Under the pieces are notes generated by a model. The model ran no database searches. It had not been told where the DNA came from and saw nothing but the letters and a program-made list of their open reading frames with translations. Below, in pieces: positions 46,328-57,875 of a stretch of 64,000 nt of DNA. The DNA is taken from NCBI GenBank assembly GCA_963823665.1, contig CAWGMQ010000008.1, positions 768,001-832,000 of the forward strand. The letters run 5' to 3'. Each line of letters begins with the position of its first letter. Position 1 is the first letter of the stretch. The stretch is from an uncultured Planctomycetota bacterium (lineage in GTDB: Bacteria; Planctomycetota; Planctomycetia; Isosphaerales; Isosphaeraceae). Both the position numbers and the translations under genes were made by a program.

Positions 46328-46371
46328 TTGACTATATCATATTGTTTCAATAGTATAGTAAGCGACAATAT
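46328..46371 (+). promoter_or_regulatory. Sigma-70 promoter with overlapping inverted repeats (candidate ArsR operator)
   Basis: TTGACT-N17-TAGTAT (46328-46356) in an AT-rich island; inverted pairs ACTATA/TATAGT, TATTG/CAATA and ATATTGT/ACAATAT. Confidence 0.6.
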
Positions 46372-46549
46372 ACAAGCTTGGCGGGCAGACTTTGACACCG
46401 GGATGCTTATTCGCCGGGTGCCGGTGGTCTGTACAAGCCGCCCCTCGTATCTTCCAGCGCAAATGGAATCCGGGCTCAACGCCCCCGACGGACAGGGTGA
46501 TGTATTGCCCTGCCTCCATCCCGTCACACCTCTTTGGAGACAGAATCCG

Positions 46550-46891
46550 ATGGCAACGGCAACCCTCAAGATGAAGAAGGCGACGAATTCTGCACTGGCC
46601 ATGAACGAGACGCTGCTACGTACAAAGACCTTTCAGCGGGCAGCTAATCTGCTCAAGCAAGTCAGCGACCCGACCCGAGTCCGGCTCATCACAATGCTTT
46701 CCGAACGTGAGCACCATGTCGGGGGGCTATGCGAACATTTCAACATGAGCCACCCTGCGGTGAGCCACCACCTGGCGCTGTTGCGGCACGGGGGAATCGT
46801 CGAACGTCGCCGCCAGGGCAAGAACAACTTCTACACCCTTACCGACACCGGCTATCGGCTTTCCAATGTCGTGAAAGCCGTGATCCGTTGA
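46550..46891 (+). CDS. ArsR/SmtB-family transcriptional regulator
   Basis: LKQVSDPTRVRLI..L, SHPAVSHHLALLRHGGIV..RRQGKNNFY. GGAGA RBS precedes ATG 46550. Confidence 0.9.
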   Translation: MATATLKMKKATNSALAMNETLLRTKTFQRAANLLKQVSDPTRVRLITMLSEREHHVGGLCEHFNMSHPAVSHHLALLRHGGIVERRRQGKNNFYTLTDTGYRLSNVVKAVIR

Positions 46892-46982
46892 GATGCCATC
46901 CTGGGCTCCTGTGTGTGCCCCTTTCTCATCGACTGAGAAAGCAATCAACGGATCGACAAATCTTTGACGCAAGGAGATCAGG

Positions 46983-47291
46983 GTGGGGAAAAAATTGTAT
47001 GTTGGAAATTTGACCGATGCGGTGACTCATTCCGATCTGAAAAAGTGGTTCACCGCTTTCGGGACCGTGCAGAGCGCTCAGGTGATTCAGGATCGTGAGA
47101 TGGGAGGGAGCAAAGGATTCGGTTTTGTCGAGATGGAGACCGACGCCCAAGCTGAGGCTGCTATTCAGGGACTCAATGACCACGAACACGACGGACGGCG
47201 GATGGTGGTGAGCGAAGCCAAGCCACGGGTAGCCCGTACCGTCCGTTTGGAGGGTGGCAGCGCTGGCGGCAGTGGTAATGGACGTCAGTGA
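46983..47291 (+). CDS. RRM RNA-binding protein (paralog 2)
   Basis: LYVGNL, KGFGFVEM; AAGGAG RBS; GTG start. Confidence 0.93.
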   Translation: MGKKLYVGNLTDAVTHSDLKKWFTAFGTVQSAQVIQDREMGGSKGFGFVEMETDAQAEAAIQGLNDHEHDGRRMVVSEAKPRVARTVRLEGGSAGGSGNGRQ

Positions 47292-47576
47292 TCCCTACGA
47301 TACCGCCGATCGGTCCAGTCACACGCAAGCCGAATCAGAGCAGGTGGGGCGAGTCCTCTATCCCGGCGTTCATTCGTGAGCAAGACGAAATCGGGAAGTT
47401 AATTCCGGCCTGTTCCTGAGGGGCGACACGGGCCTGGCTTGTCGTCGACCGGCGCTCTATGCCGTTAGCTTTCTTGCAACCCTGACGGTTGTCAGAGCCA
47501 TGGCGAAAGGGCTATTCTGGATAGGGATCGACGTCCGGTCGATGTTCGCGCTCAAGCATTCACGGATCGACAGGCC

Positions 47577-50500
47577 ATGCCCACTGACGACTCGACAAAT
47601 CCTCCGCTTGCGGAGAGCGCCGCTGCGAGTGAGCCGATTGAGCGCAGGTTTTCGCGAAGGTCAGGACCGGTCGATCACGGCATAGGCCGGCGTCGCCCTG
47701 CGCTCGCTCTCGTGGGCGTGACCGTCGCGGCGACCGTCGTACTCATGTCGATTGCCCTGGCGGGCTTTAGTGCTTACAGCGAATGGCGGCTCGGCCGCGT
47801 CGTGCTCACGACAGATGGCCCCGCCCTTGTCGGTCAGGTATTGGCCGAAGCAACCGACACCACGATCGGTGAGCGATTCTCGATCGGTCCGTACGCTCCG
47901 CTTGCCCTGCCGGCAGGAGACTATCGTGTGCGCGTACAGGATCGCGGACGGATGAGCCAGACCTACCGTGTGGCCTTTAACCGCGGCGAGGTGCGGACGC
48001 ACCGGTTGACACTCTCCGACGGCCGCATGAACTTTAGCGAGAATATCCCCTTCTCGCGCGTCGTTGCGGTTGAATTGACTCCCGGCAAAGCAGACTTCAT
48101 CGAATGGACCAACGGAATCATGATTCGCCGCGACGGCGCGACGGGCAAGCCGATCTGGGACGTCAGCAGGCCGCGCGCCGCCTGGCAGCCCGGTCGCGAT
48201 CCGACCGAATTGCTCAATCGCCTGGCCCGTGCAGGCTACGCGAAGTTACCGCGCGGGCTGGTCGAACCCGCACCTGACTTGAATCACGACGGCACGCGCG
48301 ACCTTGTATGGCCCATTCACGGGCCCCCGTCGTATCTGGCTCTTTCTGGCGTGGACGGCTCACTCCTCTGGACCGACCGGGGTACCGGCGGGCCGGCGCT
48401 GCCGCGAGTGAACGAGCAACCGGCGCGAGTGGGGCAAATCATCGGCAAGCCGGTCATCGCGGACGTCGATGCTGATGGCTGTCCGGACCTGATTGCGAAA
48501 TTCCAGGTCAGCGAACATCCGTACGACGACGACGCACTGCTCGAAAGCCTCACGGAAGGTCGTCGGGTTATCGTGGCCGTCTCGGGCCGGTCGGGAAGGG
48601 AGCTTTGGAATCACGTCATTGACCAGAAGACGGTGGAACTACCAGCGACGACGCCTGACGACGGCATCTACCACGTCAGAGCACCAGAGGGCTCACTGGT
48701 GGCATTCGTCGATCAATCGCGGTGGATCGGGCTCGATTTGAAATCTGGCCGTCCAGGAAACCTGGCGATCGATTTTGGGTTCGCGCCGGTGCCGCCGATC
48801 GAGCACGTCGATCTCGACGGCGATGGGATCGCCGAGGTTCTCGCGCTCAAGAAATGGGCCGGGAACGAGCCGCTCACGGCTCCCACATTGGTTGCGTTCT
48901 CTGCGACGTCGGGTAAGCGACTGTGGAAAAAGGAACTGCTGACGTTCTACCGTCCCATGCCAAGACCAGCAACGAGAAGCTGGCCGCTCGCCGCGGACCT
49001 TGACGGCGATGGCCGTTGCGAGATTGTAGTTCCCGATTTCGACGGGAACCGTTCGTATACCGGCTCGCGCTCTTCCGGGGGCATTCAGTTGGTCGATGGC
49101 GCAAGTGGAGAGCGCCGCTGGAGCTGCCCGATCTGGCCGGGAATGGACTACGCTTATGACGGCCTCATTCACTTACTCAAAGCGCCTGATCTTGATGCCG
49201 ACGGCACGCGCGACTTGATCGTCGTATCTCGCCATACCGGCGGCCTTCGGCGCGAGCGGCCGGCGTATTTGAGGCAACAGCGCGAGCCGAGCCGCATCTA
49301 CGTCGACGCCGTTTCCGCCAAGACTGGAGCGAAACTCTGGCACTGGCGGACGGACGTCGATCATGGCGATTACACGCCCGTGGGCGCTCCCTTCTGGTGG
49401 GGCCGTGGAAGAGACGGCTGGCCGATGCTCGGTCTGGCGATTGGCTCGAGTGACAGAGCGAACGTTCAATCGCCGTTCATGGCTCCCGACCTGCCGGTTG
49501 TGCACATCATGGCCGCATCAACCGGTCGCGAGCTTCATGCGATCGAGGGCCTCTCCTCGCCCGCAACGGCCGATCTCGACGGCGACGGCCTCGCCGATCT
49601 TTGGGGCGAGCTGGGCGGCAACGTCTGTGCGTTTCGCGGGCTCGCCGCAGAGTCCTGGCGTGCGCTCGGAGGCTTCCAGCCGGCCGGCGACCTGGACGGC
49701 GACGGCCTCGCCGACGTCGTCAACAACGACCTCGGGCGGGAGGAGAACGCTACGGACGAGCGCACCGACAGCCGGACCGTCATCACCCGAAGCGGTCGCG
49801 ACGGCAGGTTGCTCTGGCAGGCACCGCTCGAACAGTGGGAGGACTGGTCTAACTGGAACAATGTGACAGGTTCTTATACTATCGTGCCCTTAAAGCTCCC
49901 CAACGGCGATCTGGATGGTGACGGCATTCCCGACCTGATCGCACAGCGCTCCATGTGGGGTTCGCCGCACAGTTACGAGCGCGCGGCGGGCCTGGGATTG
50001 CGGGCTCTTTCGGGACGCACAGGACGCCAGCTCTGGTCCTCCGGAGCGCTCCCCTATATCGCCGTGACCCCCTTCGGCAACGCCGATATCAAGGCCATGA
50101 CAGCCTTCCGCGGCGATCATCGAGGAGGTACGGATCTGTACGTGCGGCATCTTCTCTTCATGCCGGGAAGCGTGCCACCGCTTTCTGCAATGGAACGAGA
50201 ATCACGAATCGCACGGGTTTCGGGTCGCGACGGCCGCGTTGTGTGGGACGTGCTCCTCGCGGATTACCGTGGGCAATTTGGCAGGCCCGTCCATTTCGAT
50301 CAGCAGAGTGCCGACCTGGACGGTGACGGTGCGCTCGAGTTGGTGCTTCCGGTCGAGAGCGGCGCAGCCGCGGGGATCGGTCCGCCGGAGCTGCGAGTTT
50401 TGTCGGCCGCCACCGGTGAAACGCGCTGGAGCCATCCACTCGACTCGCGCGCGGCGGGCTCGCTGCGTTCGTGGTCGGGGATCTCCAGGGCGATGGTCAT

Positions 50501-51835
50501 TCGGAGGTCGTCCTCAGCGAGCAGTCGTCCATGAACGATGAGACCATCCAGCGGGTGGCTGCTCTCGACGGCGCGACCGGCAAGCCGCGCTGGGTTTGGC
50601 ACGGGCGCCCCATTGCCGAAGCCACCGGCGAGAAGCCGGCGCTCTGCCTGGCCGATCTTGATGGCCGCGGCCGGCGCGACATCTGCGTCGGTTGGGGTTC
50701 GGGAAACACGCGCATGGAGGTCATCGATGCCGCTGGTAAGAGCCGCTCGAGCTGCGAGCTGTCTGCTGAGGGTCCAATCGAGCTCACTCCAGTCGATCTC
50801 GACGGTGACGGCCGCGACGAGCTGCTCGTTCGCGGCTCAGGCCGCTTGCGTGCCCTTCGGGCCGACCTCACCGAACTCTGGTCGACGCAGGACGGCGAGC
50901 CGGTGCGTGAGATTTTGCCCGCCTCAACGGGGCGGCCCGCGACCGTCATCTTGAACACGGGGCTGGGGCTCGACGGCAAGGCGGGAACGCCGATCTGGTC
51001 GGTCGGCAAGGCTACGGCGATCTTGCCTGCCACCGACGGCAAAAGTCTGCCGCTCGCACTCGAGGGTCCGGACGGCTCGACAATCTGCCGCATGGCTCTG
51101 GCGACCACCGACCAGGGAAGCTACGCTCCTGCCCTGGGCGTTCCCGCCCGGCCTGCTTCCCCACGCGACGATCCGCGCTGGGAGCGCCCGCTCCCGTGGG
51201 TCGCCCAGGTTGAGCCCGTCGCCGATCCGGTCGTGCAGCTTGCCCTTGCGGCTACGTTGTGCAATATCTGCATTCCCTGGTCGATCCTCTGGCTGGCCAC
51301 GCGCCGGCGTTTCTTCAGTGTGCGGCTGCTCATGGCCATGCCGGCAGCCGTGGCGATTGCGCTCACCGGCTCCATGGCCGTGATCGAGATTCTCCAGAGC
51401 CAAAACCCGCCCGGCCCCGGGATCGGCTACTGGATCCGGTACACGCTGCTATTGTCGCTTGGTGGCTTGCCGATCGCGGCCTGTGCGTATGCAGTCGGCT
51501 CATCCCTCATCCGCCGGCGCTGGCGTACGGTGGGCCTCCTGGTCGCGCTAGCCGGGCTCGCGGCCATCGTGATCGGGGCGTGCATGTTCGGAGTCGATCA
51601 ACTTGGGAGGGGGTCGATCGAGCATTACGCCTGGTCGGGCTGGCATCATGCAGGCTATTGCGGTTTCTACGCAGTTGGCGCCGTGTCCGTACTCAGTTGG
51701 CCGGTGCGGTGGTTGAGTCCACGGCTCGTGCAGCTTGCCCGCCGGTACCGCGCGGTTGTTCGATCGACACGCGCAAGAGCTGACGGGCACCCCTCCGCAC
51801 CACCCGCTTCCCCTGGCGCATCAATCAAGCTATGA
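47577..51835 (+). CDS. Membrane-anchored FG-GAP/VCBS (DxDGDG) and PQQ-like beta-propeller repeat protein with C-terminal TM helices; frameshift near 50460
   Basis: N-terminal TM, many ADLDGDG and SGRxGxxLW repeats in 47577..50534, continuing in 50471..51835, which ends in several hydrophobic helices. Confidence 0.8.
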
Positions 51836-54172
51836 TGCATGCACATCGAGCGACCCAAAGTTTCTCGAGCACGACGCTTCGATTGAGAATCCCACGCGGG
51901 TATGGAACACCCAAACGGTTCTCCCGGCGCTCCGTGGGAAAGGACCTTGCGCGCATGAATCCCAAGGCATGCTCCCTATTGAGTACACTGCGATCCGCAT
52001 TGCGACGTCCAGCGCGGCGGGCTCGCGCGTGTCTCTCGCCGGGGCTCGAGCCACTCGAGCGCCGCGTGGCGCTCACCACGTATACGTGGTCGGCGCTTGG
52101 TGACGCGACGACCTGGAACGATCCCAACAACTGGACTCACTACGACCCCAATCTCAGAGCCCAGGAGCCCGGCACACCGACGGCCTACTCGGATGTCGTG
52201 TTTCCACCGCAAGCGATCTTGCCGAAAGGTTCGTCGGCGACCATCAATTTCAACTTCACGTTCCTCAACATGCCGCTGGATTCCCTCACGATCAACGACT
52301 CCTACACCTTCACCGGCACGCCTGTGACGATCGAACAGTCGCTGTCGCTCAATAATCCGTTCACGTCGGCACGCAATGGCGCTGTAACGGACCTCGAGCT
52401 CTCCGGCATGAATCTCGCCCCCGGCGCCACGATCTACACCCAGACCGGCAGCACGCTCCAGCTTGGCACCGCGGCTTCGCCGACCGGGTTTCTGTTTGGT
52501 CTTCAGGGTCCGATGACCAAGACGGGCGGCGGTGCGCTCCTGGTCGACACGTCGAGTATCTCGTTCCCGACCACTGCGCTTCGACTGCCGGTGCCGGTCT
52601 CGGTCGCGGGCGGGTCGATGACGCTCGGCGAAAACGTCACGTTGAACGCCGTCAACTTCGATGTCTCCCCGAACGCGAGCCTGATCATTGCCGACGACGT
52701 CGCCGCGGGCGTTCGCTCTATTACGGGAACAGGGTACGTGAACCTCGCCGGAACGACCGCAGCAGGAGACACGACAAGCCTGTCCATCCTCGTTCCCATC
52801 TCGAACACGGACGCCTTCGGCGGCCTGATCGCCGGCACCGGCCAGTTCATCATGGGCGGATCCGGTAGCCTCACCACCGGGTCAATCAATTTTCAAGGTG
52901 CAGGGGGGATCACCGCTGCGCGGGGCTCGTTGCAGGTGAATGGCACCATCAGCGCCGGCTCGCTCCTGGTCAATTCCACCGCAACATTTGGCGGATTGGG
53001 AACGTGGGCATTTTCCGGGCCCGCGGTCTTTCAATCGGGCTCGACTTTCCTGGTCACGCTGAACGGTACCCAGGCCGGAAGCCAGTACACTCAGCTCGTG
53101 GACACGAATGCCACGAGCGGCGTGGATCTGGGATTCAGCACTCTGGCGGCCTCCATTGGCTATAGCTACGAGGAATCAGATCTTTTCACGGTGATCACGG
53201 CGCCGGTGGTGCAGAACGCGTTCGGGAACGTCATCGGCGGCCAGGCGGTGCTCGACGGTGTTCCGTTCCTCGTCAGTACCGGGCAGACCGCGGTGAAGCT
53301 CGCACCCCTTCAGTCCCTCACCTCAACCGGACTTTCCAGCTCAACCACAACGAGCCATCCGGGACAGCCGGTGAGTTTCACGGCGAGCGTCAGCACGCGG
53401 ACCGCACCGGTTCTGGTGGGAACGGTCAGCTTCGTGCAAAACTCGACGGTGGTCGCGACGATTCCGATCGATGACGGCATCGCAACGTACACGACAAACT
53501 CCCTTCCGGTGGGAACATTTGCGTTCGCTGCGGTGTACGACGCAACCGCGGGAAACGTCGGGTCAACCAGCTCGACCATCGCGCAGACTGTGGTTCCGTA
53601 CTCAACCACCACGAGCATCGCGAGCAGTTTGAATCCCAGCGTCCTGGGGCAGACGGTCACGCTCACGGCATCGGTCGTGAATGCACTAGGGCCCGTGACG
53701 CGCAGGCACGGTCACGTTCCGTCAGGGCAAGAAGTTTCTGGGAACCGTGTCCCTGGGCGGGTCGGGAACGGCGAGCATATCGATCGGCTCGCTGCCGGTC
53801 GGCAACGCGCGAATCCAGGCTGTCTACAACGGAGTGCCAAACGACTTGTCGTCGGTGAGCCCGGTCTTGACGCAGAGGGTGGGCGCCCTCCCAACGGTGA
53901 CCGTCCTCAGCTTGAGTAGCCAGGTCAAAGCGAACGGCCAGACGCAGTATTTCCTCGTCGCCACGACACAAACCTCCGGCGCGATGCTTGTGCCCTCGGG
54001 CGCTGTCATCTTCCGCAAAAACGGGCGATCCCTCGGCAGCGCCAGGCTGAAGAACGGTACGGCGGTGCTGCGCATCAGCGCGAGGGCCGCGCAGAGCGGG
54101 CGGTTCGTCGCCCGGTTCCAGGGGAGTGCGCGATTCCTGTCCAGCACCTCTGGCGCGATCTCCGCCGGCTGA
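51832..54172 (+). CDS. Secreted protein with planctomycete LEPLERR leader, passenger-type beta-strand repeats and bacterial Ig-like (group 3) domains; frameshift near 53700; start probably 51955
   Basis: LEPLERRVALTTYTWS..WNDPNNW, TKTGGGAL, SSLNPSVLGQTVTLTASV; continues in 53747..54172. Confidence 0.8.
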
Positions 54173-54341
54173 GCTGCGGTGGCGGCCCACGGTGAAATCG
54201 CGGCGATCGGCGCCCTGACGTGCGCCGAATCTCATAAGACACTGCACTCACGTCAAGGAATGGGCAGCCATGTACTCCGCAAGCCGGCTGGGTTAGTCTG
54301 TTAGCGACAGGCATTTCCCGTTCCTTTGCCGGTCGGATGCG

Positions 54342-55901
54342 ATGAGCATGAAAGAGGCCTCGAGCCCAAGCCTTGGTGGCCAGCGCGCGTGGTGGAAGCG
54401 GTACGGCGTTGCGGCGCTGGCGGTCTTCGACGCGTTCGTGGTCTTGATCGCGTTTCCCACGCTGGTTCAGGCACCTGGAACGACACAGCTCTTGCTGTCG
54501 CTCGCGGTGCTGGTCGTGGCGTGGTATGGCGGGCTCGGCCCGGGATTGTGCGCGGGCGCAGCGATTCTCATCTTGACCTTACCGCGCGAGCTGACGACCC
54601 CCAACGTGATGCGCATGCTCATCTTCACGGGGCAATGCCTCCTGTGCAGTGCACTCATGGAATCGCTTCATCGCTCGCGCAAGACCGCGGTCTCCGAAGC
54701 GGCGGTGCGGCAAGCGAGCGAGCTTGCGCTTGTCCGCGAGATCACCGCACGCACAAGGCTCGAGGACGAGCTGCGGCGGCAGGCTGAAGCGCTTCGCGAA
54801 GCCTCGCGGCGCAAGGACGAGTTTCTCGCCATGCTGGCGCATGAGCTGCGCAACCCGCTGGCGGCCTTGAGCGGCGCCGCCGATATCGCGGCGCGTTCGT
54901 CCGATCCTGACGACCTGGAATGGAGCCGGAGTGCGATCCAGCGAAACATCAAGCAGCTCGCGCGGCTGATCGACGACCTGCTCGACGTCTCGCGCGTGAC
55001 CCAGGGCAAGATCGAGCTGCGCCGAGAACAATTCGAGGCGTCATCCGCGATGGAACAGGCAGTCGACTCGATCCAGTACCTGCTCGCAACCAAGGGACAC
55101 CAGATCGCGGTTTCCCTCGATCGGGGATCGCTGTGGCTCGACGCCGATCCCGCGCGGCTGCAGCAAATCGTCTCGTGCCTGCTCATCAACGCCATCCAGT
55201 ACTCCGAGGAGGGAAGCTACATCCGCTTGCGCGCATGCCGGCAAGACGGCGAGGTCTTGATCAGCGTCCGCGACCGAGGGCAGGGGATTCCCCCCGATTT
55301 GCTCCCTCACGTCTTCGATCTCTTCAAGCAAGGAGACCGGTCGCTCGCGCGAACCGAGGGGGGCCTGGGCATCGGGCTGACCATGGTCAAGGCGCTGACC
55401 GAGCTGCACGGCGGGACAGTCACCGCCTCAAGTGACGGGCCGGGCAAAGGAAGTGAATTCGTGGTGCGCCTACCCACTTCGAGAAGAGAACTGCCCAGCT
55501 CGCTTGAACCCAGCGCGATGCCCGCCAAAAAACGGAGTGGCAACAACCGGATCCTGGTGGTCGATGACAACGTCGACCTCTCGCGCGCCATGACCACACT
55601 GCTGTCGCGGTTCGGCTACGAGGCGCAGGCCGTCAACGATGGGCACTCGGCGATTGAAGCCGCCCGCGCGCTTCGACCCGAAGTCGTGCTGCTCGATCTG
55701 GGTCTACCGGGGATCGACGGTTTTGAAGTCGCGAGAAGACTCAGACGAGAGGAAGGCGTCCGCGACGCAACCATCATCGCGATGACCGGCTACGGACAGG
55801 AAGACGGCGGACTGTACTCGCGTGAAGAGGGGTTCAATCACCATTTGATCAAACCCGTCCAGATCGAAGCGCTCGTGGCGCTGCTGGAACGCAATGGCTG
55901 A
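54342..55901 (+). CDS. Hybrid sensor histidine kinase/response regulator
   Basis: N-terminal TM helices; H-box FLAMLAHELRNPL; DRGQGI, GGLGIGL; receiver ILVVDDN..LLDLGLP..KP. Confidence 0.95.
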   Translation: MSMKEASSPSLGGQRAWWKRYGVAALAVFDAFVVLIAFPTLVQAPGTTQLLLSLAVLVVAWYGGLGPGLCAGAAILILTLPRELTTPNVMRMLIFTGQCLLCSALMESLHRSRKTAVSEAAVRQASELALVREITARTRLEDELRRQAEALREASRRKDEFLAMLAHELRNPLAALSGAADIAARSSDPDDLEWSRSAIQRNIKQLARLIDDLLDVSRVTQGKIELRREQFEASSAMEQAVDSIQYLLATKGHQIAVSLDRGSLWLDADPARLQQIVSCLLINAIQYSEEGSYIRLRACRQDGEVLISVRDRGQGIPPDLLPHVFDLFKQGDRSLARTEGGLGIGLTMVKALTELHGGTVTASSDGPGKGSEFVVRLPTSRRELPSSLEPSAMPAKKRSGNNRILVVDDNVDLSRAMTTLLSRFGYEAQAVNDGHSAIEAARALRPEVVLLDLGLPGIDGFEVARRLRREEGVRDATIIAMTGYGQEDGGLYSREEGFNHHLIKPVQIEALVALLERNG

Positions 55902-56201
55902 GGAAAACCGATCGCGGAGGCGCGATCGCGGTTTGAAGCCGGAACCCCGTGAACCCGCAGGCACAAGTCAAGCACAGCGACGAAGAAAACCGGCGGAGAC
56001 TCAAGACCGGCGCGTCTTGTAATCCGCCGTGACTATTTCTATAGGAGAGCAAAGGGTCATACAAAGGATGCCTTATTCCGGCTCGGCCGATTTCGCCGGC
56101 CGTCAGGCTTCCGCTCGCAGAGGGTCGCTCGAGCGCGAGCTATTCGCAATTCAGTCGACTTGATGTCGAACCGGTGCAGGCCTCTCAAGGAGGCGATCGG
56201 G

Positions 56202-56260
56202 CTCCCAGCCGTGTCCCGCCGAGCTACAGTCTCCCGGCGGGACGCGGCGGGAGTTTTTCT
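56202..56260 (+). terminator. Long GC-rich hairpin with T-tract between convergent genes
   Basis: CTCCC-a-GCCGTGTCCCGCCG..loop..CGGCGGGACGCGGC-GGGAG followed by TTTTTCT. Confidence 0.6.
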
Positions 56261-56308
56261 GTGCGCAATCCAGCGGATCGCCGCGCCGATATTCCTGTTG
56301 CCGAACCC

Positions 56309-57670
56309 TTAGCGCCTGTTTGCCGCGATAAATGGGGCCCAAACGCTCTTCGGCAAACCCGCACTCCTCGACCCCGGTTCAAGCCGAGGCTTCAGCGCCT
56401 CTGGTCGGACCGGCGCTTCCTCGCACTTGATCACAAGCCCTTTCCGTTCTGCTTGCAGACGAGCGATCGTTTTCGGAGACGCCACCGAAGCTGTCACAAC
56501 GACACATCGAATAGATTTCGATCTACAAAGATCTGTGAGTCCTTTCTCGCTGATCCTGGTGCCCCTCAAGTCGACAGTCTTCAGAAACGCAAATTGGCGA
56601 AGCGCGGTGCATGCAGCATCCGAGATGCGCGTGTCCCGCAGCGTTAACGACTGGAGCTGCTTGAGCGGCCGCAGCTTGTCAATTCCCGCATCGGAGACCT
56701 TGGTCGCTTCCAGATTCAGGGTGGATAAACGCGCCAGCGCCTTGAGAGATTCAAGCCCGTGATCACCGACCGCCGTGCCCCCGATATCAAGCTCGCGAAG
56801 TTTGTAGAGTTTAGACAGGGTTGCGAGACCGTCATCGTTTATGCCGGTGTAGGCTACATTGAGCTCAACGAGATTCGCGAATGGCAACAGGTAGCCGCAT
56901 GTCTGGTTGTCGATCGATTTGTTCTCGCGCAAAGTGAGGTTTGCCATCCTCCGCGGCTCCTTGAACGCTTTGAGAAACTGTCCGTTCGTACCCGTGCGCG
57001 TCACGTCAAGTTGCTCAAGTCGAAGTCCTCGAAGTTGTGCGAGGTCGTTCTCTGAAACAGTCGCGTCTCGAAGGGAGAGGATTTCCAGGGAGCGCATGCT
57101 CTTCAGATGGCCGAGCCCGCCGAGCGCGTCCGTGCCATCGAGATGGAGTATGGCTACATGAGCGAGCCGGCCGATACTCGCTAGTCCTGCCCCGGTCATC
57201 TTGGTCCCCGCGAGATTGAGGATGTCGAGGCGTTGCAGATGCTCGATTGTTCGCAGCCCGCGATCACTTATGCTCGTGTAGCTGAGGTCGAGCATATTCA
57301 GGTTGAACACGTGCGCAAGGTTTTCTAGATCGTCGTCTCGTAGTTGCAGGTGACTCAGGTCAAGTATACGTATGTGCTCCAAGCCCTTGGCGGCGGATGG
57401 GGCCACGCGCCCGGCATCGAGCCGGTTGAAAAACTCGAGTGCCTTCGCCTCATCTCCGTCTTTCGCGGTTTGTGATTGTTCAGACACAGAAGCCGCTGCC
57501 ATCGCGAAGACACCCGGCGAATGTGCGAGACACGCAGACAGGGTCACAGGAATGAGCGAATCGCCGCCCGCAGCAGAGTCTGCACGCGCGAACGCGAGCA
57601 ATACGCACACAACTGCAACCCAGAGCTTGAGCAATTGAGCACCAGAGGCTTCGCGTGGCGGGTGATTCAC
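56309..57670 (-). CDS. Secreted leucine-rich-repeat protein (start approximate)
   Basis: Repeated LxxLxLxxTxIxDxGL units and a hydrophobic signal-like segment. Confidence 0.85.
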   Translation of the reverse strand: MNHPPREASGAQLLKLWVAVVCVLLAFARADSAAGGDSLIPVTLSACLAHSPGVFAMAAASVSEQSQTAKDGDEAKALEFFNRLDAGRVAPSAAKGLEHIRILDLSHLQLRDDDLENLAHVFNLNMLDLSYTSISDRGLRTIEHLQRLDILNLAGTKMTGAGLASIGRLAHVAILHLDGTDALGGLGHLKSMRSLEILSLRDATVSENDLAQLRGLRLEQLDVTRTGTNGQFLKAFKEPRRMANLTLRENKSIDNQTCGYLLPFANLVELNVAYTGINDDGLATLSKLYKLRELDIGGTAVGDHGLESLKALARLSTLNLEATKVSDAGIDKLRPLKQLQSLTLRDTRISDAACTALRQFAFLKTVDLRGTRISEKGLTDLCRSKSIRCVVVTASVASPKTIARLQAERKGLVIKCEEAPVRPEALKPRLEPGSRSAGLPKSVWAPFIAANRR

Positions 57671-57875
57671 AGCACTGGCCTTCTTAAATTCGGCGGCGTC
57701 CGTATGAGCAAGGCGAAAACACGTCGCTGATGTATATCCTACTTCCTTGCTCCTGTGAGCAACACCGTGCTGGCAAGCCCGCTCCGTCAGGCTGTTGCCA
57801 GGCCGGGGCTTGCCTGGCAGACTGGGGGGCTGGCAGTAGTTCAAAAGCATTGCCCTCCCGGGGAGCTGACGACCT

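Noticed and set aside
46241..46549. Long N-terminal extension of ArsR in the ORF track
   Set aside because: It spans the AT-rich promoter; ATG 46550 with an RBS gives a typical ArsR length.
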